NCBI RefSeq assembly: GCF_001194135.2 | Contig: NC_068986.1 | Span: 45,824,240-45,862,696, forward strand | From: Octopus bimaculoides | Taxonomy: Eukaryota | Reading direction: 5' to 3' | Length of the DNA: 38,457 nucleotides | In this document: positions 1 through 10,871 of the stretch, piece by piece | Position numbering within the stretch: position 1 is the stretch's first letter | How the letters are laid out: the number at the start of each line of letters is the position of its first letter | Notes under the pieces: generated by a model | The model's input: only the letters and a program-made list of their open reading frames with translations | The model's database searches: none | Told to the model about the DNA's origin: nothing | Made by a program: the position numbers and the translations under genes

Positions 1-869
1 CATCTCGTCTTTCTATAGAGGGTTAGTGGCTGGCAAGTGTGATGACATTCTGGAGGAGACCCTTTCGCAAACAGCAGTAACTTTCTTCTTCTGAATACAA
101 GTCATTGATTGGTTAAATTTACCCAAACGCGACAACTTTAACACGAAATAACTTCTAAAATACAAAATTTTGTCAAAAACGTTAAGAGTAAACCGTGTTC
201 TACGTGACACATTTAACCAATATTCAAAGTTTCAAACTGTTTAGTTAAAAAAAATTAGATAAAAATTCTGTGACTGAAATTAAATAGATCCGCAAGTTTT
301 TCACTCGCTAAAGAAGGTCAATTGCCAATCGTGGACAAACCACATTTTTCTTTGTACAATGAAAAACTATTTTGTTCTTATGAATGCATGCATGTGTATT
401 CTTTGTGTATGTATGTATGTATGTATGCATGTATGAGTAGTAGGTGTGTCAGTGTATTTCAATGTCACTTGCTAGTCATCACAGGCCTCCATTCACACGT
501 TTAAGTATGGAAATATGAAACTCACACGTTTAAGTATACAAATATGAAAAACCTTTCACTAGACCGAAAACATTTAGTACAACAACATTTTAAAACTTAA
601 ACGGTTGACAACAACTTAGTAGACAAGATTTTAAGTTTTTCTATTATTCCCTTGGGAAAATCTGGACATTTTTTTTTATGTAAATCTATAAACATGTCAC
701 ATATACAGTTGATTAATTCCCGTATTATTATAGAATGAAAGAGCAGTGCATGTCAACAAAGTGACACTGGGTTAAAATATACGAAGCCGAATACACCTAT
801 TATGACTACCCGTCACAACCATATGTGCGCAACATGGTGATCTCATATCAAGATTAACATGTTGAATGA

Positions 870-1080
870 AACACTCATGTCTCCAGAGGTGAATTATCCA
901 AACTCCAAAGAATTCCTCTCAACACATTGCTATGATGTTCCCCCACTACTTCTGCTCGTGATCAGAGATGCACACATCGTCAGCTACTAAGGGACATGCT
1001 TAACTGGTTAAGGTCAAACAACTGACCAGTAGATCTGTGGTATTTAGCAGAAGATTTGCTGTAGCCCATCTTTTATACCA
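870..1080. repeat. Unclassified interspersed repeat, with a partial inverted copy at 28275-28400
   Basis: cacacatcgtcagctactaagggacatgct (about 970-1000) matches the reverse complement of agcatgtcccttagtggctgacaatatgtg (about 28291-28320); the similarity continues through the ctatgatgttccccc and gaattcctctc segments. Confidence 0.55.
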
Positions 1081-1184
1081 AGACAAAACAATGTACATGA
1101 TAACACTTCTAATCAGTTAAGTTGAGAAGCCATGAAAGCCACTACCTGGTCCTGCATCCGACCATTATTATTATTATTATTGTT

Positions 1185-1414
1185 AAAACGGTAAGCTGGC
1201 AGAATTGTTGGCTCGCCGGGCAAAATGCTTACCAGTATTTCGTCTGCCGCTACAATCTGAGTTCAAATTCCGCCGCGGTCGACTTTGCCTTTCATCCTTT
1301 CAGGGTCGATAAATTATGTACTATTTCAGTACTGGGGTCGATGCAATCGACTTACACCTTCCCCGAAATTGCTGACCTTGTACCAAAATTGAAATCATCA
1401 TTATTATTATTATT
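1185..1414 (+). mobile_element. tRNA-derived SINE, family A (tail type cttgtaccaaaattgaaa plus (ATT)n)
   Basis: A-box-like gctggcagaattgtt, B-box-like gagttcaaattcc, core cctttcatcctttcagggtcgataaa...ggggtcgat..aatcgact. At least seven related copies in the window. Confidence 0.85.
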
Positions 1415-1640
1415 AAGGCGGCGAGCTGGCAGAATCGTTAGCGCGCCGGGCGAAATGCTTAGCAGTATTTCGTCTGCCGCTGTTCTGAGTTCAAATTCCG
1501 CCATGGTCGACTTTACCTTTGATCCTTTCAGGGTTGATAAAATTAGTACCAGTCATGTACGGAGACGATGTAATTGACTATCCCCCTCACCATAAATTCG
1601 AGGCCTTGTGCCTATGGTAGAAAAGATTATCATTATTATT
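1415..1640 (+). mobile_element. tRNA-derived SINE, family A (tail type ggccttgtgcc...agaaaagatt plus (ATT)n), head-to-tail with the preceding copy
   Basis: Same head (aaggcggcgagctggcagaatcgttagc...gagttcaaattccgcc) and core as 1185-1414; begins directly in the ATT tail of that copy. Confidence 0.85.
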
Positions 1641-2296
1641 AGACGAAACCGTTCTGCACGCACTCGTCCAGTGCCCGAGTATTGCTGACCTGTGGGTCTA
1701 TATCGAACAGCTACTGTCACGTGTAGGACGGATCCGGCTATCAGCTGAACCCATCGTGAGAATTGACCCGCCGACCTCCTTTAACCAGGAGGGCAAGGCA
1801 ATTTTCCTATGCCTAGTGGCTGTAGCGAAAGAGGTGATATGGTGGACCCGTTTGAAAGGGCTAAAGACAGACACTTTCCTCTTTGGCCAAGGCCTCATCA
1901 ACTTTTTCAAGTTCCACTTGAAAAGGAAGATGAGAGTAGAGAGGGAAGTGCTGTCTCATAGCAAATTCGTTGAAAGATGGNNNNNNNNNNNNNNNNNNNN
2001 NNNNNNNNNNNNNNNNNNNNNCTTTCTTATTTTTTCTGACCAGGCTCCCGTGGTTTTATGGGTTTTTCCACGTGTAACCTTTCCTTTTTCGAAGCGCCTC
2101 CCCCTTTGGGAGTTCTACTTATTTATTTATCTATTTATTTATAATAACTTTCTCCGTTTTCTTCCTCTGTTTAGACGAACTTTCCTACTTTTTCGGACAA
2201 AACCTTTTGTAACCTTCGTCCTGTCTTTGTCCTTATATGTTTTTAATTGATATTAGCCCTTGTGGCCAATAAAACGAATTAATTATTATTATTATT
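1641..2296 (+). mobile_element. 5'-truncated Tx1/L1-clade LINE 3' end: ORF2 C-terminus, 3' UTR and (ATT)n tail
   Basis: Translates as DETVLHALVQCPSIADLWVYIEQLLSRVGRIRLSAEPIVRIDPPTSFNQEGKAIFLCLVAVAKEVIWWTRLKG...VERW, homologous to 6490-6830. Ends ...agcccttgtggccaataaaacgaattaattattatt. Confidence 0.8.
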
Positions 2297-2312
2297 GTTG
2301 TTGTTGCTGCTG

Positions 2313-5300
2313 TCAATCGTGGAAGCCACGCTTGACCTCGGTTCCGCATTTTGTTTTTGAAAATCGTCAGTTTTCTCCGGAAAATAGCGGTCCTTTCCTG
2401 TCATTTTCAACTAGGGTGGAGAATAAGGGATCCTTCTTCTGCTGATCAGTTCCTTTTTTGTTAAAAGTCCCCCTATTTCTTGGGAGACTTATCGAATTTA
2501 TTCCATTTTTCATTCCACGTGGAAAAATTTAGAAGTTTGCTCAATGGCAGCAACAAATAGTTTCAAGAGAGTTTCAATCGTCGATGAGAGATGGGGAGAG
2601 ACAGAGGAGTGTCTTGTTATAAAAATGAGAGAGGATGAGTTCTTCGCCTGTTGGTGTGACTACTAGACAAGCAGGCAGGCAAAACAAGATCACCATCCCA
2701 ATCATAAACAACAAGAAAAACAACTCCGACACCACCACCGTCACCACTCTGCCACTACCACTACGAACAACAATAAAAACAACTGTAGCAGCAGCAGCAA
2801 CAACAACAGTAGAGCTTTGACAGGAGAGACAAATAAGCAGTACAGCTTGGCTACTTCGGTCAGCGATATGAATATCACAAATAGAGTCGATTTGGCAACG
2901 ACAGCAACACGAACAACTGTAGCGGTGGAAACAAGTAACGCCCGACCATCCCTACAGGCAGGCGACATAGATACACCATATACTCCTGATACGGGCGATT
3001 CAGAAACCTTACCGTGCAACAAAGAGGAACTGAATCCCCTAAGAAGGACGTGTTGGGGAAAAGCGAAAAAGTAGTTCCAAAAAAGGCCGTCATAAGCTGA
3101 AAGTGAAAAGACGGGACGAGGAAAATTCAAATAATCCATCAGCTACACTAACAACACCGACAAACATACCCAAATCTCAACAACAAAAGCAATGCAAACT
3201 CATTCAACTACAGCTACAAAAAGCACCGATACAAAAACAAATATACAAAGAGAAACAACAATCATAAGAACAACTCATACAACTTACTAGAGAACCGGAA
3301 CGCCTCATCAACTTCACAGTCGTTCGCAAGAGTAACAGCGAGCTGATGCAGGAAGTAGGGAAAAACACAAACATTCATGCAAAAGGACTAGGGTTCAATG
3401 AACTTCTGTCGAAAAGTTCCCATGACATACAGCTGATAAAAACGGACACAAACACTCAACTAGAACTTTAAAAAATAGCCAAAAGACATTGGGCCTTTTA
3501 GGCTAAAGCTGGATAAGAGGACTTTAGGAAGGCCCTTCATTAATGATAATGCATCAGACGAGGCAGCTGAATCAACCGCCTCTCTCAAAATCTAAGTGAC
3601 CTTTGTCCATTTTGTTTCTGCGATAAACATGGTCGTTTTCAAAGTAGGGTGTGTGAATGTTCTGTGGCCTGGGGTCAGCTTCGAAACAAGGTCACTTGCT
3701 AAACAACCTCAAGTCGCTCGATTTAGATGTGGTTGCAATTAGTGAGACAAGGATTTCTAATGTGCAAGCATTAGCGCCTATTTTCGATGACTATAAGATA
3801 TTCTCATCATGTGGTCTCTCTCAGGAGCGGGCAGCGGGGAAGCGATGCTATTTCAAAACCCCTTAGATCTCGAAGTAAAGGCAATCTTCTTGGACCCGGG
3901 TGGCAGGTTGGTGGTATTAGATATGAATGGTAGTAAAAGTGGCGCTCTTAGACTGGTGGTCGTCTATGCCTCGATAGGAGCTGGAAGGCCAGAATTCTTC
4001 AGGCGTCTAGAAACTTTCTTGGGAACGTCGCGCAGTTTGGTACTACTAGGTGAATGGAATGAGATTTTGGACGCACGGAGAGACTGAGTAGGGCTAGTGC
4101 ACAGAAGAAGGGGATGCAAAAACATACCCCTGATATGTCAGTATGGACATGGAACAATCACAATAGGTCATCCAGATCGTATCTAGATAGAGTATTTGTT
4201 AAGTCAGAGGAAAGTGATAGTGTAGGTTGTTCGCAATTTAAATTGGTCGGATGCACAGTCGAGTTAGATAGGACTCGTAGACAGGGACCCGGTTAGTGGA
4301 ACTTAAACGTGTCCTTTCCGGCTCGTAAAGACTACTGGGGTCGGATTAGTGAACTAGCTAAGCAACTGTTGACGGGGGCAGTCGTCAACAACCGGTGGTG
4401 GGTCGCTCTGAAGAGGGCCATTAGAGCAAAATCGATAGCGTTTAGAAAAGAGTTAACAATAGAAATGAATAGATTAGAGGGTGAACTAGTTAAAAAAATT
4501 AGAAGCGGCGATTAATAAGGGCATTGCGACCAATGTGTTAGCGACGAGAATGACCCTTGATAATTTCTTCGAAGCGAAACACGAAGGATGCGTTGTTAGA
4601 ACTAAGGCCCGTGCGCTCAAACTGGAAGGAACTAAAGCTGTCCAATGAGCTCGAACGGTGGAGAGGCGACGTGGAAACAAAACCACGGTCAGGTCTTTGA
4701 TGGACCGGAATGGGTGAGTGCTACGCGACTCCGAGCAGATGTGTGCGGCCTTTCAGCATCCCTTCGCGCAACTGTTTGGAGAGGGTGATGGGTCGACGAC
4801 GGTACTGGACGATACCTAGACGGCTTGCCGCGGCTTTCGGCAGCTGACGCGAGGTTATGCGAAAGGCCGATAACAGCCGGTGAAATTTGGGAGGCAATGA
4901 GTGATTGCAAGTCGCAGATCATCTGGTTTGGATGGTCTGCCCTGCGAATTCTATGTATTCATGCTAGATTTGTTTGGCCACCATTTGGCAGACGTCTACT
5001 GCAACTGGCAACAGAACAGCAGAATTACTAGTGTTGTTAGCAAAGGTGTGGTGACACTGTTGAGGAAGGATGCCGACAGCGGGATGTACTAAAGAATTTT
5101 CGGCCCATAGTTCTGCTCAACACAGAGTTCAAGATTTTGACCAAGGTGTTAGTGAAAAGTTGGCGCTTGTCATCGGTGGCCTGGTCGGAGAAGCACAAGT
5201 GTGCGCAATCCCGAGCAGGTCTATCCACGACAACCTCCACCTTATGCGATACATCATAAAGAGGGTATCATAGATGGCATCGAAGGTACTCCGATCCATT

Positions 5301-6880
5301 TGGATCAATCAAAAGCATTCGATGGAGTCGACTATCGCTACTAGGAAGCCGTCCTGAAAGCAGACGGTTTCGGACCCGTTTTCAGAGGCCGGATTGCTGC
5401 AATTCACAGCGGCACCTGTTCAGTGGATGCCCGCTATTGCCTCTTCTTTACGCATTGGCACTCGGGCCACTGTTGTGGAAGTTGGAACAGCTAAGGGGCA
5501 TCCCTTTCGAACTGGAACAAGGNNNNNNNNNNNNNNNNNNNNNNNNNNNNNNNNNNNNNNNNNNNNNNNNNNNNNNNNNNNNNNNNNNNNNNNNNNNNNN
5601 NNNNNNNNNNNNNNNNNNNNNNNNNNNNNNNNNNNNNNNNNNNNNNNNNNNNNNNNNNNNNNNNNNNNNNNNNNNNNNNNNNNNNNNNNNNNNNNNNNNN
5701 NNNNNNNNNNNNNNNNNNNNNNNNNNNNNNNNNNNNNNNNNNNNNNNNNNNNNNNNNNNNNNNNNNNNNNNNNNNNNNNNNNNNNNNNNNNNNNNNNNNN
5801 NNNNNNNNNNNNNNNNNNNNNNNNNNNNNNNNNNNNNNNNNNNNNNNNNNNNNNNNNNNNNNNNNNNNNNNNNNNNNNNNNNNNNNNNNNNNNNNNNNNN
5901 NNNNNNNNNNNNNNNNNNNNNNNNNNNNNNNNNNNNNNNNNNNNNNNNNNNNNNNNNNNNNNNNNNNNNNNNNNNNNNNNNNNNNNNNNNNNNNNNNNNN
6001 NNNNNNNNNNNNNNNNNNNNNNNNNNNNNNNNNNNNNNNNNNNNNNNNNNNNNNNNNNNNNNNNNNNNNNNNNNNNNNNNNNNNNNNNNNNNNNNNNNNN
6101 NNNNNNNNNNNNNNNNNNNNNNNNNNNNNNNNNNNNNNNNNNNNNNNNNNNNNNNNNNNNNNNNNNNNNNNNNNNNNNNNNNNNNNNNNNNNNNNNNNNN
6201 NNNNNNNNNNNNNNNNNNNNNNNNNNNNNNNNNNNNNNNNNNNNNNNNNNNNNNNNNNNNNNNNNNNNNNNNNNNNNNNNNNNNNNNNNNNNNNNNNNNN
6301 NNNNNNNNNNNNNNNNNNNNNNNNNNNNNNNNNNNNNNNNNNNNNNNNNNNNNNNNNNNNNNNNNNNNNNNNNNNNNNNNNNNNNACCGGAGTGGTGGGG
6401 CGCTACCGGTTCGAGATTAACTCTACAGGCACGGATGTGCTGTCAGACAGACTTATCCGAGGCGCACACAGAGTGACGAGATCGTTTTACATGCCCTCGT
6501 TCAGTGTCCGGGCATTGCTGACTTGTGGGGTTATATTGAACAGCTGCTGTCACGTGTGGGGCAGATCCGTCTGTCGAGCGAGTCTAGTGATGATCGCACT
6601 GCTGCCCTTCTGCAATCGAGTAGGCAAGGCAGTTTTCCTTTGCCTGGTGGCTGTGGCGAAAGAGGTTGTTTGGTGGACAAGGCTGAAAGGCATGAGGACA
6701 GGTACATTCCACTTTGGTAGAGCTTTCAATGACTCCTTCAAGTTCACTTGAATAGGAAACTGGGAGTGGAGAGGGAAGTGCTGTCATCGAGTGTGTTTAC
6801 TGAAAGGTGGGTGAAAGTTGCGAAAATGGTAAGAGTGGATGGTACCTCTCTAAGTGTAGACCTGTGAGTCGGAGAGAAGG
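2313..6880 (+). mobile_element. Long decayed Tx1/L1-clade non-LTR retrotransposon (putative 5' region and Thr-rich ORF1 remnant at about 2313-3600, then ORF2)
   Basis: ORF2 motifs are clear (next feature). The 5' boundary and ORF1 assignment are inferred from position only. The 3' UTR falls in the gap. Confidence 0.7.
3629..6867 (+). pseudogene. Tx1/L1-clade ORF2 (APE endonuclease plus reverse transcriptase), multiply frameshifted and partly gapped
   Basis: APE motifs VGCVNV, DVVAISETR, LVVVYA, LGEWN, SYLDRVFV. RT motifs SSGLDGLPCEFY, FRPIVLLNTEFKILTKVL, IPSRSIHDNLHLMRYII, LDQSKAFDGVD. C-terminus FLCLVAVAKEVVWWTRLKG...VDL* with TGA at 6865-6867. Confidence 0.85.
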
Positions 6881-6980
6881 NNNNNNNNNNNNNNNNNNNN
6901 NNNNNNNNNNNNNNNNNNNNNNNNNNNNNNNNNNNNNNNNNNNNNNNNNNNNNNNNNNNNNNNNNNNNNNNNNNNNNNNN

Positions 6981-7524
6981 ACCGTTCAAACTGACAGAAA
7001 GATAGATGTGAATAGGCCAGACATTATATTAAAAGACTTCAGATAAAAGCCATGCCTCCTCATTGATATGACTGTCCCAATCGATATAAACGTATCTACC
7101 AAGACCTACCAAGAACTGAGAAAGTATAACGATCTGAAATAGAAATTAGCAAAATGTAGAACTTGAAGACTAAAACAATACCTGTTGTCATAGGTGCCCT
7201 GGGAATGATAGCAAATGGGGCTGATTGCTACCTAGCTCAAATACCAGGAAACCCCAAAATAGCAGAAATTCAAAAGATGGTGCTCATGGGAATTGCCCAT
7301 ATCCTTACGTAAAATACTGTCTATGTAATCTAAAATTTTAAAACAAACACATAATTTTCTTATGGTTTCTTAAACATTCTCTAGAACAACACTATGTACA
7401 AATCGAAATATATGGTACCCCAGGCATAACACCAACATGAATTTCTAACTTGTTGTCTCTTGCAGTCTCTTGCTGAGACTTGGAGCCAACTTGTACAAAC
7501 GCAAAGCTAAAGTTAGACATAAGA
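6981..7524 (+). mobile_element. R4/Dong-like non-LTR retrotransposon 3' end (restriction-like endonuclease domain plus 3' UTR), followed by (TAA)n at 7525-7544
   Basis: TVQTDRKIDVNRPDIILKDFR..CLLIDMTVPIDINVSTKTYQELRKYNDL..TIPVVIGALGMI...IQKMVLMGIAHIL shows the PD..D..K RLE signature; stop at about 7326-7328. Confidence 0.8.
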
Positions 7525-7544
7525 TAATAATAATAATAATAATA

Positions 7545-7744
7545 CTCTTTTACTTGTTTCAGTAATTTTACTGTGGCCATGCTGGAGCACCGCCTTTAGT
7601 CGAGCAAATCGACCCCAGGAGTTATTCATTGTAAGCCTAGTACTTATTCTATCGGTCTCTTTTGCCGAACCGCTAAGTTACGAGGACGTAAACACACCAG
7701 CATCGGTTGTCAAGCGATGTTGGGGAGACAAGCACAGACACACA
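7545..7744 (-). mobile_element. SINE family B 3' half (tail ...gctccagcatggccacagtaaaattactgaaacaagtaaaagag)
   Basis: Reverse complement shares gatagaataagtac...ggggtcgatttgctcgact with the family A core. The same tail recurs at about 16520 and 17045. Runs into a CA repeat and the gap. Confidence 0.7.
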
Positions 7745-8151
7745 NNNNNNNNNNNNNNNNNNNNNNNNNNNNNNNNNNNNNNNNNNNNNNNNNNNNNNNN
7801 NNNNNNNNNNNNNNNNNNNNNNNNNNNNNNNNNNNNNNNNNNNNNNNNNNNNNNNNNNNNNNNNNNNNNNNNNNNNNNNNNNNNNNNNNNNNNNNNNNNN
7901 NNNNNNNNNNNNNNNNNNNNNNNNNNNNNNNNNNNNNNNNNNNNNNNNNNNNNNNNNNNNNNNNNNNNNNNNNNNNNNNNNNNNNNNNNNNNNNNNNNNN
8001 NNNNNNNNNNNNNNNNNNNNNNNNNNNNNNNNNNNNNNNNNNNNNNNNNNNNNNNNNNNNNNNNNNNNNNNNNNNNNNNNNNNNNNNNNNNNNNNNNNNN
8101 NNNNNNNNNNNNNNNNNNNNNNNNNNNNNNNNNNNNNNNNNNNNNNNNNNN

Positions 8152-8375
8152 TAATCCTTTCTGTTAAAGGCACAAGGCCTGAAATTTTGGGTGAGTGGGA
8201 CCAGTCGATTACACTGACCCCAGTGTGTAACTGGTATTTAAATTATCGATCCCCGAAAGGATGAAAGGCAAAGTCAACCCCGGCAGCAGTTGAACTCAGA
8301 ACACGAAGACAGACGAAATACCGCCAAGCGTTTTGCCCGGCCGGTGTGCTAACGATTCTGTCAGCTCGCCGCCTT
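8152..8375 (-). mobile_element. tRNA-derived SINE family A, near full length
   Basis: Reverse complement of 1415-1640: head ends ...cagctcgccgcctt, tail taatcctttctg...ggcacaaggcc. Confidence 0.85.
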
Positions 8376-8428
8376 AATAACAACAACAACAATAATACTA
8401 ATACTAATAATAATAATAATAATAATAA

Positions 8429-8905
8429 AGAGCAAAAATGTAGTATGAGCAAACCCCAGAAGGAGTCACCGAGAATGAGAATTGCAAAATCCTGTGGGAT
8501 GCATTGATCGAGTGCGATCACTCGAGTAGAAATCGGTAACCAGACATTGTTGTGGTGAATAGTTGTTGTGCATGATAATCGATATAGCACGCCCCGGTGA
8601 CAACAGGATCAATGTGAAAGAAAAAGAAAAGGCAAACAACTATGACGATTTGAAGCAGGAAATATAAAGGGTTTTGTCAATGAGGAGAGTAGACATGATA
8701 CGAAGAGTAATTAGTGTACTTGGATGTATCAGCACTCAGCTACCAACATGACAAAAAAAGATAAAAAAGATTGGTGCAAGCGTGAAGGTTGACTACCTAC
8801 AAAATCAGCATTGCTTGGAACGGCAAAAATTCTTCGCAGGGTTCTTGAAGCAAGACCAGTAAACAAGTGTCTACTGGCTGTGGACAGCAGGGGGAGGGAG
8901 GGTCT
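8429..8905 (+). mobile_element. Second, divergent R4/Dong-like retrotransposon 3' fragment (RLE domain), starting directly after an (AAC)(AAT)n array
   Basis: YEQTPEGVTENENCKILWDALIECD...PDIVVVN..CMIIDIARPGDNRINVKEKEKANNYDDLKQEI...LQKSALLGTAKILRRVLE, with frameshifts. Confidence 0.8.
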
Positions 8906-9073
8906 GAGTCAATAACATGACCCAAGTGTTCATCTGGTACTTATTTTATCAACACCGAAAGGATTCAAAGCAAAGTCAACTCCGGTTGTAGTTAAACTCA
9001 GAATGTAAAGACGGATGAATTACCGATAAGCATTTCGCCCGGCGTGCTAACGATTCTGCCAGCTCATTGCCTT
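8906..9073 (-). mobile_element. tRNA-derived SINE family A (head and core)
   Basis: gcatttcgcccggcgtgctaacgattctgccagctc is the reverse complement of the family A head; followed by (AAT)(AAC)n at 9074-9105. Confidence 0.8.
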
Positions 9074-9105
9074 AATAATAATAACAACAACAACAACAAC
9101 AACAA

Positions 9106-9250
9106 TCTCTTCTACTCAAGGCACAAGGCCCGAGATTTGGGGGAGGGGACCAGTCGACTATATCGAACCAGTATGCAACTGGTACTTATTTTATCGACCC
9201 CGAAAGGATGAAAGCAAAGTCGACCTTGGTGGAATTTGAACTCAGAACGT
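9106..9250 (-). mobile_element. 5'-truncated SINE family A
   Basis: Tail ggcacaaggcc, core cgaccccgaaaggatgaaagcaaagtcgacc, B box gaatttgaactc; breaks off at the (AAT)n array 9250-9316. Confidence 0.8.
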
Positions 9251-9272
9251 AATAATAATAATAATAATAATG

Positions 9273-9316
<44 letters not shown>

Positions 9317-10088
9317 NNNNNNNNNNNNNNNNNNNNNNNNNNNNNNNNNNNNNNNNNNNNNNNNNNNNNNNNNNNNNNNNNNNNNNNNNNNNNNNNNNNN
9401 NNNNNNNNNNNNNNNNNNNNNNNNNNNNNNNNNNNNNNNNNNNNNNNNNNNNNNNNNNNNNNNNNNNNNNNNNNNNNNNNNNNNNNNNNNNNNNNNNNNN
9501 NNNNNNNNNNNNNNNNNNNNNNNNNNNNNNNNNNNNNNNNNNNNNNNNNNNNNNNNNNNNNNNNNNNNNNNNNNNNNNNNNNNNNNNNNNNNNNNNNNNN
9601 NNNNNNNNNNNNNNNNNNNNNNNNNNNNNNNNNNNNNNNNNNNNNNNNNNNNNNNNNNNNNNNNNNNNNNNNNNNNNNNNNNNNNNNNNNNNNNNNNNNN
9701 NNNNNNNNNNNNNNNNNNNNNNNNNNNNNNNNNNNNNNNNNNNNNNNNNNNNNNNNNNNNNNNNNNNNNNNNNNNNNNNNNNNNNNNNNNNNNNNNNNNN
9801 NNNNNNNNNNNNNNNNNNNNNNNNNNNNNNNNNNNNNNNNNNNNNNNNNNNNNNNNNNNNNNNNNNNNNNNNNNNNNNNNNNNNNNNNNNNNNNNNNNNN
9901 NNNNNNNNNNNNNNNNNNNNNNNNNNNNNNNNNNNNNNNNNNNNNNNNNNNNNNNNNNNNNNNNNNNNNNNNNNNNNNNNNNNNNNNNNNNNNNNNNNNN
10001 NNNNNNNNNNNNNNNNNNNNNNNNNNNNNNNNNNNNNNNNNNNNNNNNNNNNNNNNNNNNNNNNNNNNNNNNNNNNNNNNNNNNNNNN

Positions 10089-10403
10089 GTCTACGTTTGA
10101 TCCAGGATTGCAGCTCTGTTAAAGAAACGAGCTGCGGAAAATCGCGTCTGACGAAAGGCGACCACACCTGTTCACCGTCCACGAAACGCTTGAGATGTCG
10201 TAGCCTGAGCGCATGTTTGCGCATCAGCAACCACGGCATGCCAAGGCCTTCGTTCAGCGGCTGTTGACAGCAGATGGAGCGCCTGACCAGTGGTACCTGA
10301 CCCTTCCACAAAAAGTTGAAGAGCAAGCGTACTATCTTGGTTAACCAGCGGTCGGGACACCAACTAAGTGCACCAACTAAGTGCACCAACTAAGTGCACC
10401 AAC
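10089..10403 (-). mobile_element. Tx1/L1-clade ORF2 fragment (post-RT region) with a 5' truncation junction
   Basis: CPDRWLTKIVRLLFNFLWKGQVPLVRRSICCQQPLNEGLGMPWLLMRKHALRLRHL fits the L1/Tx1 F.FLW.G...GGLG region. Its 3' end probably lies across the gap toward the (AAT)n at 9250-9316 (inference). Confidence 0.75.
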
Positions 10404-10588
10404 CTCAGTAAGTAAATACTCATAGATTGCTAGTGCTATCTGCATATATTAGAACTAAACCATTACATGGTCTCTGCATACAGTTAGATGAATGGGGGTC
10501 ATTATAAATCAAGTGCTCTTGTCATGAATTATCTTACTGAAGTGTCAGCTACAAGGAAAAAAATTTTGATTCTCACCCTCTCTTTACA

Positions 10589-10820
10589 TCTTATTTCTTT
10601 ATTGCCCACAAGGGGCTAAACATAGAGGGGACAAACAAGGACAGACAAAGGGATTAAGTCGATTATATCGACCCCAGCGCATAACTGGTACTTAATTTAT
10701 CGACCCCGAAAGGATGAAAGGCAAAGTTGACCTCGGCGGAATTTGAACTCAGAACGTAACGGCAGATGAAAAACTGCTAAGCATTTTGCCCGGCGTGCTA
10801 ACGTTTCTGCCAGCTCGCCA
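10589..10820 (-). mobile_element. tRNA-derived SINE family A with a Tx1-like 3' tail
   Basis: Family A head and core. The sense tail ctttgtctgtccttgtttgtcccctctatgtttagccccttgtgggcaataaagaaataaga resembles the LINE end at 2215-2273. Confidence 0.85.
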
Positions 10821-10871
10821 CTTTTACATCTATCACATGTCAAGACAAGGGTGCACACAAACACACACACA

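Noticed and set aside
493-550. 29-bp tandem duplication; similar short duplications at 28275-28311
   Set aside because: Ordinary two-copy slippage duplications with no further structure.
1185-1270. tRNA gene calls at A-box/B-box motifs
   Set aside because: No cloverleaf or acceptor stem, and each continues into a SINE core and tail. These are tRNA-derived SINE heads.
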